This document shows positions 26,847 to 37,594 of a DNA stretch of 64,000 nucleotides, one piece after another. The translations under genes and the position numbers were made by a program. The notes beneath the pieces are model-generated. The model had not been told where the DNA came from. It made no database searches and worked only from the letters and a program-made list of their open reading frames with translations. The stretch's first letter is position 1. Every line of letters starts with the position of its first letter. Origin of the DNA: an uncultured bacterium (GTDB lineage: Bacteria; Hydrothermota; Tepidihabitantia; Tepidihabitantales; Tepidihabitantaceae); NCBI GenBank assembly GCA_965370805.1, contig CBDUVZ010000001.1, positions 7,250-71,249 on the forward strand. Reading direction: 5' to 3'.

Positions 26847-27115
26847 GCTTGACAGGTTACTGAGGCGTAGCGTGCCCTGTGGGCACGTTGCCTGCCTTGT
26901 GTGCTTTCATTGGGGTAGGAACCGAGTCGCCCGGCATTTGGTCAAAGTGACATGGCAGAAGGTACCGGCATCCACATCGACCCGGTCTGCAAGATGGAGG
27001 TGCTCGAGGCACACGAAGCCGTGACAATCCGACGCACCGCGTCGGTTCCTCGACTCCTCAAATTCTTGCCCCTTTCTGTCTCATCTTTTCACCTTCATCC
27101 TTTGCCTTTCTCTGT

Positions 27116-27144
27116 TTGACAACCAGCCACCTTTGTGCTATGCT
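27116..27144 (+). promoter_or_regulatory. Sigma70-like promoter: TTGACA, 17-nt spacer, TATGCT, then 8 nt to ATG 27153
   Basis: Direct reading in a lower-GC stretch. Confidence 0.5.
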
Positions 27145-27152
27145 GGCAAGTA

Positions 27153-29120
27153 ATGAAAACGAGTAATCTGAGCGCCCCCAGACTCCGCAGCGAACGCAAG
27201 CACAAGGACAGTCATGTCCAAACGGCACAGGCGCCGGCCAGACGACTGCGGCTCCGGCTTGACGGCTACCTCGACCAGGCACGGCTTGGACCTCGGGCCA
27301 CAGACGCTCTTCACCGGCTGGGCGTAAGAACGGTAGGGCAATTCCTCGCTGTGGACGTTTCGAGGATACTGGAGCTATATGGCTGCGGCCAAGTTGCCTA
27401 TCGGAGGGCGAAAAGCGCCCAGACACGCATAAGGGACAAGTTCTCCAAGGGGACTACTACTTCCACCAAACGGGAATTGGATCTGGCGTGGCGTGTCATT
27501 GACCTGATCGGGATGATCTCGTTGCGAGAGGTTCTCGACATCCACAAAAGGGATGCACTGCGGGTTTCTGGCCATGGCATCCAGGCTTGGCGTGGGGTCA
27601 TCGCTCTCCAGCAACTGATTGCTCAGAGTTTGAAGGGTCGCAAGACCCGGAAAGCAGTTCCACTGAACTTCGGCAACCCGGTTTCTCTCTCCATGCTGGA
27701 ACTACTACCAGTTTTCTCGTCTGACAGCACCTCAAGGCCATCGGCCATCGTGTTGCACAAGAGCTATCGCGGGGAGATACCAGTGACAGAGCTTCTTCTT
27801 CTGCCGCGCGTAGAACGAATGCTTTCAGAATTAGGCATTGACACTCTTGGCGCTCTTCTACTGACGCCGGCCAGAGTTCTGACGAACCAGAAGAATCTTG
27901 GCGAAGTCACACTTGCGAAGGTCCAAGACACAATAAGGGACTTTCTACTTCATACCGCTACGTCTGCCGATGCCAGTGCCTTGGATTTCTCTTCTTCCAG
28001 CGGTCTGGTCAGAAGTTTTGTGCGTCGTGCGTTCGACGACCAGCGCACAGCGGGAATTCTGCTGAGCCGCTTCGGTTTGGGCCGCAGCGACATCCTGACG
28101 TACAAGGAAGTCGGCAAAGAGTATGGAATCACGCGGGCGCGCGTCGGGCAGATAGTCCAAGTCGGGCCGCGAGTCCTTTCGTCCCAGGTCAAACTGAGGC
28201 TTCTAGCTCCGCTCTGGGCGGAAGTAGACAAGATCATAGGCAAGAACGGGGGGCTCATTGAAGTCTCCACACTGGCTCAGAAGCTCAGCCATCGATTCGA
28301 TTGGAAAAGCTGCCCCAGGATTCATACCCTGGCGAATATCCTTCTGCTGAACCGGGAACTGCATGTCTATGAGAATGCGGAGTCCGTCACCAGCGCCGAC
28401 TTCCTCAGGCGGCAAATAGAGGCAGACTTGGTGTGTCGGGAGGGCTTCCCTTGTGTAACCTGTGGTCAGGGTCCCATCAATCTGAGCAGGGCATTCAAGT
28501 CCGGACCAGAGGAAATGGGCATCAAAGAAGCTGGCCGCAGGATAGCTGCCATCTGCAGCAAGTACTGCCCCCGAGGTGCCGAACCACCAAGCCGCTTTCC
28601 TTCAGTTCTTGTGGTCCATTTCGCACTGCGCACTGACAATGTGATAGTCCAGGGTGACCGAGTCCATACCAAGAGACACTGGTTACTCTGTCGGAGTGAA
28701 TCCCTGAAGGAGGTGATCGCTGCCACACTCGAAGTGGTCGGGTATCCGGTGCACTACAGCGAACTGGCCAGCCGCATCCGTAGTGAAAGCACAAGATTCA
28801 AGAATGTACCTGACCGATCTATCCATACCTGCCTGATGTACTATGGCCGGTTCCAGTTGGCAGGGCGTGGAGCCTACGGCCTGGCATCCTGGAAGATAAG
28901 GCCATACAAGTCCCGCACCCAGGCTATTATCGAATTGCTGGAAAAGCATGGCAAGCCGATGTCCGCTTCACAAGTGATTTCTCGTCTCACACGGGGCGGA
29001 GCACTCAAGCCCCAGAATCTCCGGGCCGCACTGTGCGAACATCCGCGCTTCGTGGAAGTAGAAGAAGGCGTGTACGACCTGCGAGAACGGGTCAAACAGG
29101 ATACGAGACGGAAATCGTGA
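27153..29120 (+). CDS. Large (656 aa) multi-HTH DNA/RNAP-binding protein carrying two RNAP alpha-CTD-like HhH modules, a sigma70 region-4-like HTH and two C-terminal HARE-HTH-like winged helices
   Basis: HhH modules DALHRLGVRTVGQFLAVDVSRILELYGCGQ and LSELGIDTLGALLLTPARVLTNQKNLGEVTLAKV. Sigma region-4-like TYKEVGKEYGITRARVGQIVQVGPRVL. HARE-like VIAATLEVVGYPVHYSELASRI...GRFQLAGRGAYGLASW and AIIELLEKHGKPMSASQVISRL...FVEVEEGVYDLRE. GC about 50-55 % against a roughly 65 % background. Confidence 0.6.
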   Translation: MKTSNLSAPRLRSERKHKDSHVQTAQAPARRLRLRLDGYLDQARLGPRATDALHRLGVRTVGQFLAVDVSRILELYGCGQVAYRRAKSAQTRIRDKFSKGTTTSTKRELDLAWRVIDLIGMISLREVLDIHKRDALRVSGHGIQAWRGVIALQQLIAQSLKGRKTRKAVPLNFGNPVSLSMLELLPVFSSDSTSRPSAIVLHKSYRGEIPVTELLLLPRVERMLSELGIDTLGALLLTPARVLTNQKNLGEVTLAKVQDTIRDFLLHTATSADASALDFSSSSGLVRSFVRRAFDDQRTAGILLSRFGLGRSDILTYKEVGKEYGITRARVGQIVQVGPRVLSSQVKLRLLAPLWAEVDKIIGKNGGLIEVSTLAQKLSHRFDWKSCPRIHTLANILLLNRELHVYENAESVTSADFLRRQIEADLVCREGFPCVTCGQGPINLSRAFKSGPEEMGIKEAGRRIAAICSKYCPRGAEPPSRFPSVLVVHFALRTDNVIVQGDRVHTKRHWLLCRSESLKEVIAATLEVVGYPVHYSELASRIRSESTRFKNVPDRSIHTCLMYYGRFQLAGRGAYGLASWKIRPYKSRTQAIIELLEKHGKPMSASQVISRLTRGGALKPQNLRAALCEHPRFVEVEEGVYDLRERVKQDTRRKS

Positions 29121-29145
29121 TGCCAAGCAATGGGAACAGGGCAGG

Positions 29146-29376
29146 GTGGTGCTTGGTCTGAGCAATCGCACGGCAGAAAACAGAACTTACATCGACCCGG
29201 TCTGCAAGATGGAAGTGCGCGCACTGCTTCGGGAAGCCGGACGGCTGAAGATAGAGCGGCTGTACTTCGGCGCGGATACGCCCGGATTCTACGCGCGGCT
29301 GGGTGCGGAAGTGCATGAGCAGGTGACCGACGATTCCTGCATCATGTCCCTGGAAACGGATGCCCGGCCGACCTGA
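29146..29376 (+). pseudogene. Small ORF/fragment whose 5' part duplicates the sequence at 26951-27002 (IDPVCKMEV) and whose 3' part resembles a GNAT acetyltransferase C-terminus (ADTPGFYARLGAEV)
   Basis: 29-bp direct repeat shared with the left flank. Composite appearance. Uncertain whether it is expressed. Confidence 0.35.
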
Positions 29377-29443
29377 CCCGCAGAGTTGCGACCGGAAGTG
29401 CCTTCCGGTGGAACCCGCACTGGCATTCTCCGTAAAGCGTGCT

Positions 29444-29752
29444 ATGTCACGCATGGTTCGCAGTCGCGACGCGGTCTTGAATACCTTGGCCGAGCACCGG
29501 GACGCAATCCGGTCGCTCGGGGTCCGCAGCCTGGCTCTGTTCGGCTCGGTAGTGACCGGGACGGCGTCCGAGTCGAGCGACCTCGACTTCCTCGTCGAGT
29601 TCGAGCACAAGAGCTTTGATAACTACATGGACCTGAAGGCATTCCTGGAGGATCTGTTCGACTGCCGCGTGGACCTCGTGCTCAAGAACGCCCTCAAGCC
29701 CCGTCTGCGTGAACCGATACTGGCCGCCGCTGTCCATGCCCCGGGACTATAG
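29444..29752 (+). CDS. MntA-type nucleotidyltransferase antitoxin (HepT/MntA type VII TA family)
   Basis: LALFGSVVTGTASESSDLDFLVEF is the minimal nucleotidyltransferase GS...DxD motif. About 100 aa. Confidence 0.75.
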   Translation: MSRMVRSRDAVLNTLAEHRDAIRSLGVRSLALFGSVVTGTASESSDLDFLVEFEHKSFDNYMDLKAFLEDLFDCRVDLVLKNALKPRLREPILAAAVHAPGL

Positions 29753-29804
29753 AGTCTACCTCGAGGACATCCTGGAAGCCGCCGAGGCCGAGTCCACCGA
29801 GTGA
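29736..29804 (+). pseudogene. Truncated HepT (DUF86) toxin remnant reading MPRDYRVYLEDILEAAEAESTE*
   Basis: Overlaps the MntA 3' end as in intact mntA-hepT pairs. Conserved HepT N-terminus (RDYRLYLEDIL) then a premature stop after 22 codons. Confidence 0.6.
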
Positions 29805-29946
29805 ACCGGGGCGGAAGATCAACCGCCAAGAACGCCGAGAGCGCCAAGGGCACGAAGAAGTCAAGAGTCGAGTATCAAACCGCAGGTGTCAGAGTGTGAA
29901 TGACAGCGTGCGCGGGCCTGGGGAACCGGAGTCGATTCCTGGCGGG

Positions 29947-30624
29947 CTATTCGTCCGGGTCGTCGGGCGTGCCGTCGGGTTTGTACCCGAGCTTGTGGTA
30001 CGGATTGACGAGCGACGAGGCGACGTTCTTCAGGTGGGCGGCGACCCGCTTCAGGAACCGGATCAGCAGCGCCCGGATGACCGCTTCGCGGCCGCGAAGC
30101 TCGGTGTCGGAGAGGAGCTTGTCGGTCAGGGTGTCGCACTCCCGGGCCAGTTGTGCCTGCATCTCCATCGCTTTGCGCCCGAGTTCGGAATCGCCCTGCT
30201 CAAATGCCTGGATGGTCATTTCGTACACCCGGGCAACCCCGGCTTCGATTTCGCGGATGGCGTCAACGTGCTGGCCGGTCAGTTTCTCGGGGTAGTGATG
30301 CGCCAGCTCGACCAGGTTCTTGCAGTAGTCGCCGATACGCTCGATGTCACCGACGATACTGGACAGAAAGAGCGCGGCGACGTAGTCCTGCTGCGGGTTG
30401 ACCGCGAAGTGCTCGGCAATCTTGCGGCGAACCGAAATTTCGTGCCGGTTCATCTTCCGGTCGATGGCGTAGATGTCCTCGGCCTCGCGTTCGTTGTCCA
30501 GCAGGACGCGGAGCGAGTACTGGAACATCTGCAGCCCGAGCTTGAGCATCTCGGTGCAGGTATCGGTCGCCTCACTCAGGAGGTTCGTCTTCCGCCAGAC
30601 TTGAAAGAAATCAGCAAACAACAT
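29947..30624 (-). CDS. PhoU-domain protein associated with a Na/Pi cotransporter
   Basis: Start at MLFADFF (30622-30624). Two PhoU-like helical repeats. Immediately downstream of the NptA-like gene. Confidence 0.65.
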   Translation of the reverse strand: MLFADFFQVWRKTNLLSEATDTCTEMLKLGLQMFQYSLRVLLDNEREAEDIYAIDRKMNRHEISVRRKIAEHFAVNPQQDYVAALFLSSIVGDIERIGDYCKNLVELAHHYPEKLTGQHVDAIREIEAGVARVYEMTIQAFEQGDSELGRKAMEMQAQLARECDTLTDKLLSDTELRGREAVIRALLIRFLKRVAAHLKNVASSLVNPYHKLGYKPDGTPDDPDE

Positions 30625-31724
30625 CAGTTTCTCCTCGTAAGGATAACGACAAGCAGCGGTATTGCAAAGAAGACGACACCGGTGTAGACCAGGGCCCAGA
30701 CCCGGCGTCGGGCGCAGAACCGGCCCCACCACCGGGCGGTCGTAATCGGGACCACTTTCAGCGGGTACCAGATGACGGTGCCGAAGATGTTGAAGCAGAG
30801 GTGGGCGAATGCAATCTGGATTGCGCCGACCGAACCGGTCACCAGGGCGGCCAGGATTGCGGTCACGGTCGTGCCGATGTTGGCCCCGATTGAGTAGGGG
30901 AATATCTGGCGCAGGGTCAGCAGGCCGGCCCCGGCCAGCGGCACCGCAATCGACAGCGTCGCGGAACTGGACTGGACGATAGCGGTGAACGCCAGCCCGA
31001 CCAGGAACGCCTTGGCCGCGTTACCGAACAGGTATTTGTCGACTACGAGCTCGATTCGGCGACTGATGAGCGAGCGCATCATGTCGACGATGAACTTCAG
31101 GGCGCCGAAAAGCAGGACCAGGGAGAGTATCAGAATCACGAGCGGGTGGCCGCCGACCAGTTTGCCGACCGCATGGGCGACCGGCTTGGTGACGAACTTG
31201 AGCGGGCTGACAAAGGTGAACCCGCCGACGTCGGTGAACGCCCGGGCCAGGATGCCGGAGACCCGGGCGAGCGGGTGGAACATGATCTCCACCGGCAGCA
31301 GGACGATGACCGACAGGATATTGAAGATATCGTGGATGACCGCGGCCGGGAATGCCCGCTCGAACTCCTGGCGCCGGGTGGCGTGGGCAAACGATACCAG
31401 CGTATTGGTGATTGTCGTTCCGATGTTGGCGCCCATTATCAGCGGGATGGCGTGTTCGATGTCGAGCGTACCGGCGGCCACCAGGCCGACGACCAGCGAC
31501 GTGGTCGAAGACGAACTCTGGACCAGCGACGTCGCCAGGATGCCGACGAACAGGCCGGCAATCGGCGCGGCGGTAACCGACAGCAGGGTGGCGGCGAACC
31601 CGCCGCCCAGGCCTTTGAACCCGTCGCCGAGCAGCGTGATTGACAGCAGGAAAACGTAGAGTGCGGCGGCGAATATCGCGATTCGCACGCCAGCCGGCAG
31701 CTTCCGAAGGTCAGGGAGGTTCAC
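30624..31724 (-). CDS. Na+/phosphate cotransporter family protein (NptA-like)
   Basis: Duplicated QSSSATT / QSSSATLS motifs and ANIGTT repeats typical of Na/Pi-cotransporter II-related proteins. Multi-TM. Confidence 0.8.
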   Translation of the reverse strand: MNLPDLRKLPAGVRIAIFAAALYVFLLSITLLGDGFKGLGGGFAATLLSVTAAPIAGLFVGILATSLVQSSSSTTSLVVGLVAAGTLDIEHAIPLIMGANIGTTITNTLVSFAHATRRQEFERAFPAAVIHDIFNILSVIVLLPVEIMFHPLARVSGILARAFTDVGGFTFVSPLKFVTKPVAHAVGKLVGGHPLVILILSLVLLFGALKFIVDMMRSLISRRIELVVDKYLFGNAAKAFLVGLAFTAIVQSSSATLSIAVPLAGAGLLTLRQIFPYSIGANIGTTVTAILAALVTGSVGAIQIAFAHLCFNIFGTVIWYPLKVVPITTARWWGRFCARRRVWALVYTGVVFFAIPLLVVILTRRN

Positions 31725-32308
31725 CAGCGCCCGCAGTCTAGAGGCGGCTCAAGCGAAGTCAAGCCCGGACGGTAGGAAGCGACATCGGGACACCTTCCTG
31801 CCGGGCGTGCCGCACCGGCTACTCAGACAAATGTCCGGCGGGCGGTTGGCGGCAGGCTGGATTCCGCAACCGGCAATCACCAATCTGAAATCGGAAGGTA
31901 GGGCGGCCCAGCGTGCCTTTTCTCGTGGGGGAAGCGTATCGTGAGGAGCGATGCCGAGTTGATGAGGGAGGCTTTGCAGGAAGAGGATAGATGACCTTTG
32001 CGAGTTGCTGGGTCGGGCGAGGCAGCGGATTAGGGGCATGCCCCGGGCTGGGGTAACATCTAAGAGTTTGATTCCAAGGTGGCGAAGCAACTGCCCGTAC
32101 GGTCGTAGGTTAGAAGGGGCGCAGGGCTGGAGAGCCGGTTCGGATAGAGTCTACCGTTCTGCAATTCGATGGCAGTATTCGCTTCGCTACCGTTAGTATC
32201 GGGCACCCGGATGGCTCTATCCATGCAAACAGGCGAACAGGGTCCTTACGACAGGAGACAGACTGTCGGTGGTCCTGTCAGGCATGTTGCTTACCAAAGG
32301 AGGTCGGA

Positions 32309-32680
32309 ATGGAGTTGAACGTGCCGAGAAGAATCGAGCGCTGGGTCATCAAGACCGACCCGGACGCGGTGTGCGAACTGCTGAAGAAGCTGCGGGGGCA
32401 GATGGAGAACCGGCAGGCATTCGAGCAGGCGCTCTTGGTGGAAATGGAGACCAAGGCGAAGACGGTGCTGAATGGTGCGAATGTGCCGACGATAATGTAT
32501 CCGCACTACCTGAACTTCGCGCGTGAAGTGCATTCGCGCAGGAAGAGGTTTGCCGGGCCTTCGCTTGCGCGCGAGGTCGGGGTGCTGCCGGAGAAGTGGG
32601 TTGCCCCTACCCTGGACCGGTCGGTGCTGGAACGAATCAGGGACGAAGCGATGTCGGTCGGCGAACCACCCGCGCCATGA
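32309..32680 (+). CDS. Hypothetical protein (123 aa)
   Basis: AAAGGAGG RBS 6 nt upstream. No recognisable family. Confidence 0.4.
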   Translation: MELNVPRRIERWVIKTDPDAVCELLKKLRGQMENRQAFEQALLVEMETKAKTVLNGANVPTIMYPHYLNFAREVHSRRKRFAGPSLAREVGVLPEKWVAPTLDRSVLERIRDEAMSVGEPPAP

Positions 32681-32798
32681 CAAGGTCCCCGGGAAGCCCG
32701 GCTCGGCCCTGAAACGCGCCGGTTCGCAGAGGGGCTTTTCTGTTTGTGGAGGAAGGCGGAGCGGGTAGAATAGGCCGGTCAGTACCGAAAGGAGCATC

Positions 32799-33638
32799 AT
32801 GGCCGGAATTGTGTTTCTGAAGACGAAGCGGCTCGACGCGGTGCGGCAGTTCTACCAGGACGTGGTCGGGATGTCGGTCTGGCTGGAGCAGCCCGGCATC
32901 GCCATCCTGCAGCACGGCAACATGCTGGTCGGGTTTCACCTGCAGCCGGAACCGGACCTGGATGGCCTGCTGACGTTTTTCGAGGACGGCCGGGAGTACG
33001 TGGACCGGATGTATGCGAAGCTGTCCGAGGTGGCCGAGGGGGCGCCGAAGGAGAACCCGAAATACCGCATCTATCATTTCTTCGCCCGCGACCCGGAAGG
33101 CCGCCGGGTCGAGTTCCAGAGTTTCCTGCACCCGGTTGCGCCGTTCGAAGCCGGCGTGGACGCGCTCGCGCGGCGCCGGAGCATCCGGCAGTTCCGGAAG
33201 GACCCGGTGCCGGACGAGGTGCTGGGCAGGGTGTTCGAGCTGTGTCGCTATGCGCCGTCGGCGCGGAACACCCAACCGTGCCGGTTCATCGTGGTCCGGG
33301 ACCGGGAGAAGATGAAGAAGCTGGCCGGAGTCAGGAAGCGCAGCAGCGCCCCGATTGCGCGGGCGCCGATGGCGGTCGCGGTTGTGGCCGACCCGGCGGT
33401 ATCGGGCCGGCACGTACAGGACGGGTGCATCATGGCGTATCATTTCATGATGGCGGCGTGGCTGCACGGGCTGGGGACGTGCTGGATCGGCGGGATGGAC
33501 CGGAAGGAAGTCAAGGAACTGCTGGGCATCCCGGAAGAGCAGTACCTGGTCACTGTGACCCCGCTCGGGTATCCGGCCGAAGCGTCGGAGCCGAAGGGGC
33601 GCAAACCGGTGAGTGATTTCGTCACCGGAATCGAGTAG
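32799..33638 (+). CDS. Fusion protein with an N-terminal VOC/glyoxalase-like domain and a C-terminal nitroreductase domain
   Basis: Nitroreductase motifs RRSIRQF and SARNTQPCRFIVV. N-terminal glyoxalase-fold pattern. Confidence 0.7.
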   Translation: MAGIVFLKTKRLDAVRQFYQDVVGMSVWLEQPGIAILQHGNMLVGFHLQPEPDLDGLLTFFEDGREYVDRMYAKLSEVAEGAPKENPKYRIYHFFARDPEGRRVEFQSFLHPVAPFEAGVDALARRRSIRQFRKDPVPDEVLGRVFELCRYAPSARNTQPCRFIVVRDREKMKKLAGVRKRSSAPIARAPMAVAVVADPAVSGRHVQDGCIMAYHFMMAAWLHGLGTCWIGGMDRKEVKELLGIPEEQYLVTVTPLGYPAEASEPKGRKPVSDFVTGIE

Positions 33639-33640
33639 CA

Positions 33641-34321
33641 GTGCTGGGCACGCTGGTCAATATCGGAGCGATTGTCGCCGGCAGCGTGGTCGGCCTGCTG
33701 GTCGGTATCCGGCTGCCGAAGCGGCTGGCGAAGATTGCGTTCCAGGGGATTGCGCTCTTCACGATGGCAATCGGGGTGAGCATGGCGGTGAAGACCGCCA
33801 ACTGGTTGATTCTGGTCCTCAGTATCGTGGTCGGGTCCCTGACCGGCGAGCTGATTGACATCGACCGGCACCTGAACCGGCTGGGCGAGTTCCTGAAGCG
33901 GAAGACCCGGCTTCGGAACGAGCGATTCAGTGAAGGGATGGTGACCGCGTTCCTGCTGTTCTGCATGGGGTCGATGACGGTGCTCGGCGCGATTGAGGAA
34001 GGGATGGGCGGGTCGCCGAACCTGCTGCTGGCCAAATCGGTCATGGATGGGTTCGCGTCGATTGCGCTGGCAGCCGCGATGGGCATCGGGGTGGTCTTTT
34101 CAATCGTCCCGCTGCTGGTGTACCAGGGCGGGCTGACGCTGCTGGCGGGTTCGCTGCAGAACGTGCTGGTGGATATGGTCGTCGTCGAGGTCAGCGCCGC
34201 CGGCGGGTTGCTGCTTATCGGTATGGGTATCAGCATGCTCGAATTGAAGAAGATGAAGGTCCTCAACATGCTGCCGGCACTGGTCTACGCCGGGGTACTG
34301 GCATATTTCTTTGTCCGTTGA
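33641..34321 (+). CDS. DUF554-family membrane protein (YqgA-like)
   Basis: MLGTLVNIGAIVAGSVVGLL start and the six-TM pattern typical of DUF554. Confidence 0.7.
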   Translation: MLGTLVNIGAIVAGSVVGLLVGIRLPKRLAKIAFQGIALFTMAIGVSMAVKTANWLILVLSIVVGSLTGELIDIDRHLNRLGEFLKRKTRLRNERFSEGMVTAFLLFCMGSMTVLGAIEEGMGGSPNLLLAKSVMDGFASIALAAAMGIGVVFSIVPLLVYQGGLTLLAGSLQNVLVDMVVVEVSAAGGLLLIGMGISMLELKKMKVLNMLPALVYAGVLAYFFVR

Positions 34322-35275
34322 GACCGTGCCGACGGGAGGTGCAGGATGGCGTGGATAAGGGTCGTCGATGAGACCGGGGCCGAAGGGAAGCTGGCCGAGG
34401 TGTATGCGGGGGTGAAGCGGAATCGCGGCAAGGTGGCGAACGTTGTCCGGGTCCAGAGTTTCAATCCGGCGGCGATGCAGGCGCACATGGACCTGTACCT
34501 TGCCGTCATGTTCGCGGGGTCGGGGCTGAGCGGGTCCTGATTTCGATTTTGTGCGGCAGACCCTGAGGAATGCGGTCCAGACTATCACTTCAGCAAGCAC
34601 AAGCAGCCACCAGGGGTAGGATGTCGGTATGTGGGCTGCGATGTCGGCCCTGAGTTCGGAGTGGATGTCGAACGGGCTTGTCAGAACCGGGTGTCGGAGC
34701 AGCACGGCCAGGTAGCTGCTGAGGAAAGAGAGCAGGACTGCGGCGCCGGCGGCAATCGCGAGCCAGCGGTTGGCCCCGAGACGGACGGTTCGCTTCCGGC
34801 CCAGGCTGATGAGACCCAGACCCAGGGCCATCATCGATGCGGCTACGATGACCGGAGCCAGGACCGGTGCGGCCCATGGGAACGGTATCAGGAACAGGAT
34901 GTCCCAGGTCAGAAGCGAAGGGGGCCAGTTCAGGAGCGCTTTGAGCCCCACGTAGTAGAAGATGTCCCAGGCACCGAATACGAAGAGGAACCAGGAGAAC
35001 CGCTCGAGCCGGTTCTTTCCTGACAACCAGGCGACGACCGCGAGTATGATGATTGTGGCAAGCTCGCGGCCCAGTTCCACCAGGAAGACCGGTTCGAGCA
35101 TCGTGTTGTTCAAGGGGAACGCGAATCCCTGGGGGTAGTGAATCTGACGCAGGTAGACGACTACTGCGGCTTCAAGATAGCCCATGGCCAGGGCGAGAAG
35201 GGCCAGGGCTATTGCTTTGCGGACCGGGGTTCCGGTCCGGGCCGGAACTGGAGCGGGTGCCGGGGGGCTGCACAT
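34100..35275 (-). CDS. Hypothetical polytopic membrane protein. The C-terminal part of the ORF, below about 34560, is probably not genuine
   Basis: Residues 1-240 show convincing TM helices. Residues beyond are low-complexity and overlap two plus-strand genes by more than 200 bp. No in-frame stop occurs until 34100. Confidence 0.4.
   Translation of the reverse strand: MCSPPAPAPVPARTGTPVRKAIALALLALAMGYLEAAVVVYLRQIHYPQGFAFPLNNTMLEPVFLVELGRELATIIILAVVAWLSGKNRLERFSWFLFVFGAWDIFYYVGLKALLNWPPSLLTWDILFLIPFPWAAPVLAPVIVAASMMALGLGLISLGRKRTVRLGANRWLAIAAGAAVLLSFLSSYLAVLLRHPVLTSPFDIHSELRADIAAHIPTSYPWWLLVLAEVIVWTAFLRVCRTKSKSGPAQPRPREHDGKVQVHVRLHRRRIETLDPDNVRHLAAIPLHPRIHLGQLPFGPGLIDDPYPRHPAPPVGTVSTDKEICQYPGVDQCRQHVEDLHLLQFEHADTHTDKQQPAGGADLDDDHIHQHVLQRTRQQRQPALVHQQRDD
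34346..34540 (+). pseudogene. Truncated carboxymuconolactone decarboxylase (CMD/AhpD-like) family gene. Only the N-terminal 64 aa are present
   Basis: N-terminus MAWIRVVDETGAEGKLAEVYAGVKRNRGKVANVVRVQSFNPAAMQAHMDLYLAVMF matches CMD-family N-termini, which normally run 150-190 aa. Confidence 0.45.
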
Positions 35276-35387
35276 GGTGTGATTGTGAAGCGGAACCCGG
35301 TGGTGTCAATGGTTCAGTCCGCAGTCCGTTCTGTCCGCGATGAGAGGCTGCGGGACGGCAGCGCGGGGTCGGCCGCAGAAGGGCAGT

Positions 35388-37314
<1,927 letters not shown>

Positions 37315-37320
37315 GTCGGA

Positions 37321-37348
37321 AGTATAGGAGTCGGGTTTCGGGTGTCAA
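37321..37348 (-). promoter_or_regulatory. Sigma70-like promoter for accD, reverse strand: TTGACA, 16-nt spacer, TATACT, then 6 nt to the ATG (leaderless-type)
   Basis: Direct reading. The conserved upstream motif lies at 37364-37383. Confidence 0.5.
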
Positions 37349-37363
37349 GGAGGGTGCGGGATT

Positions 37364-37383
37364 CCGAAAACCGACATGGGAAT
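37364..37383 (-). promoter_or_regulatory. Conserved upstream motif, copy C (core only, reverse strand ATTCCCATGTCGGTTTTCGG) lying 15 nt 5' of the accD -35 box
   Basis: See copy A. Confidence 0.45.
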
Positions 37384-37594
37384 TGCGGCAAGAAGGTGAG
37401 GGCAGGAGAAGTCAGAAGGCAGAGTGCAGATATCAGAGTGCAGAATGGGGAGGCGGAGAGGAAGGATACCAGAACGGCAAGGATACGAAGCAACAGACCA
37501 GGAACTGAGAAGCATTGTCATCCAGCGAGTGCGGCATCGGCTCGGCTGGCGGGAGTTCTTGGCTTGTGACTGCGGTCCGGTATAATGGGCCGTC

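Noticed and set aside
29853-30139. Small ORFs between the HepT remnant and the PhoU-like gene
   Set aside because: Arg-rich spurious frames overlapping the PhoU-like gene's 3' region; no support.
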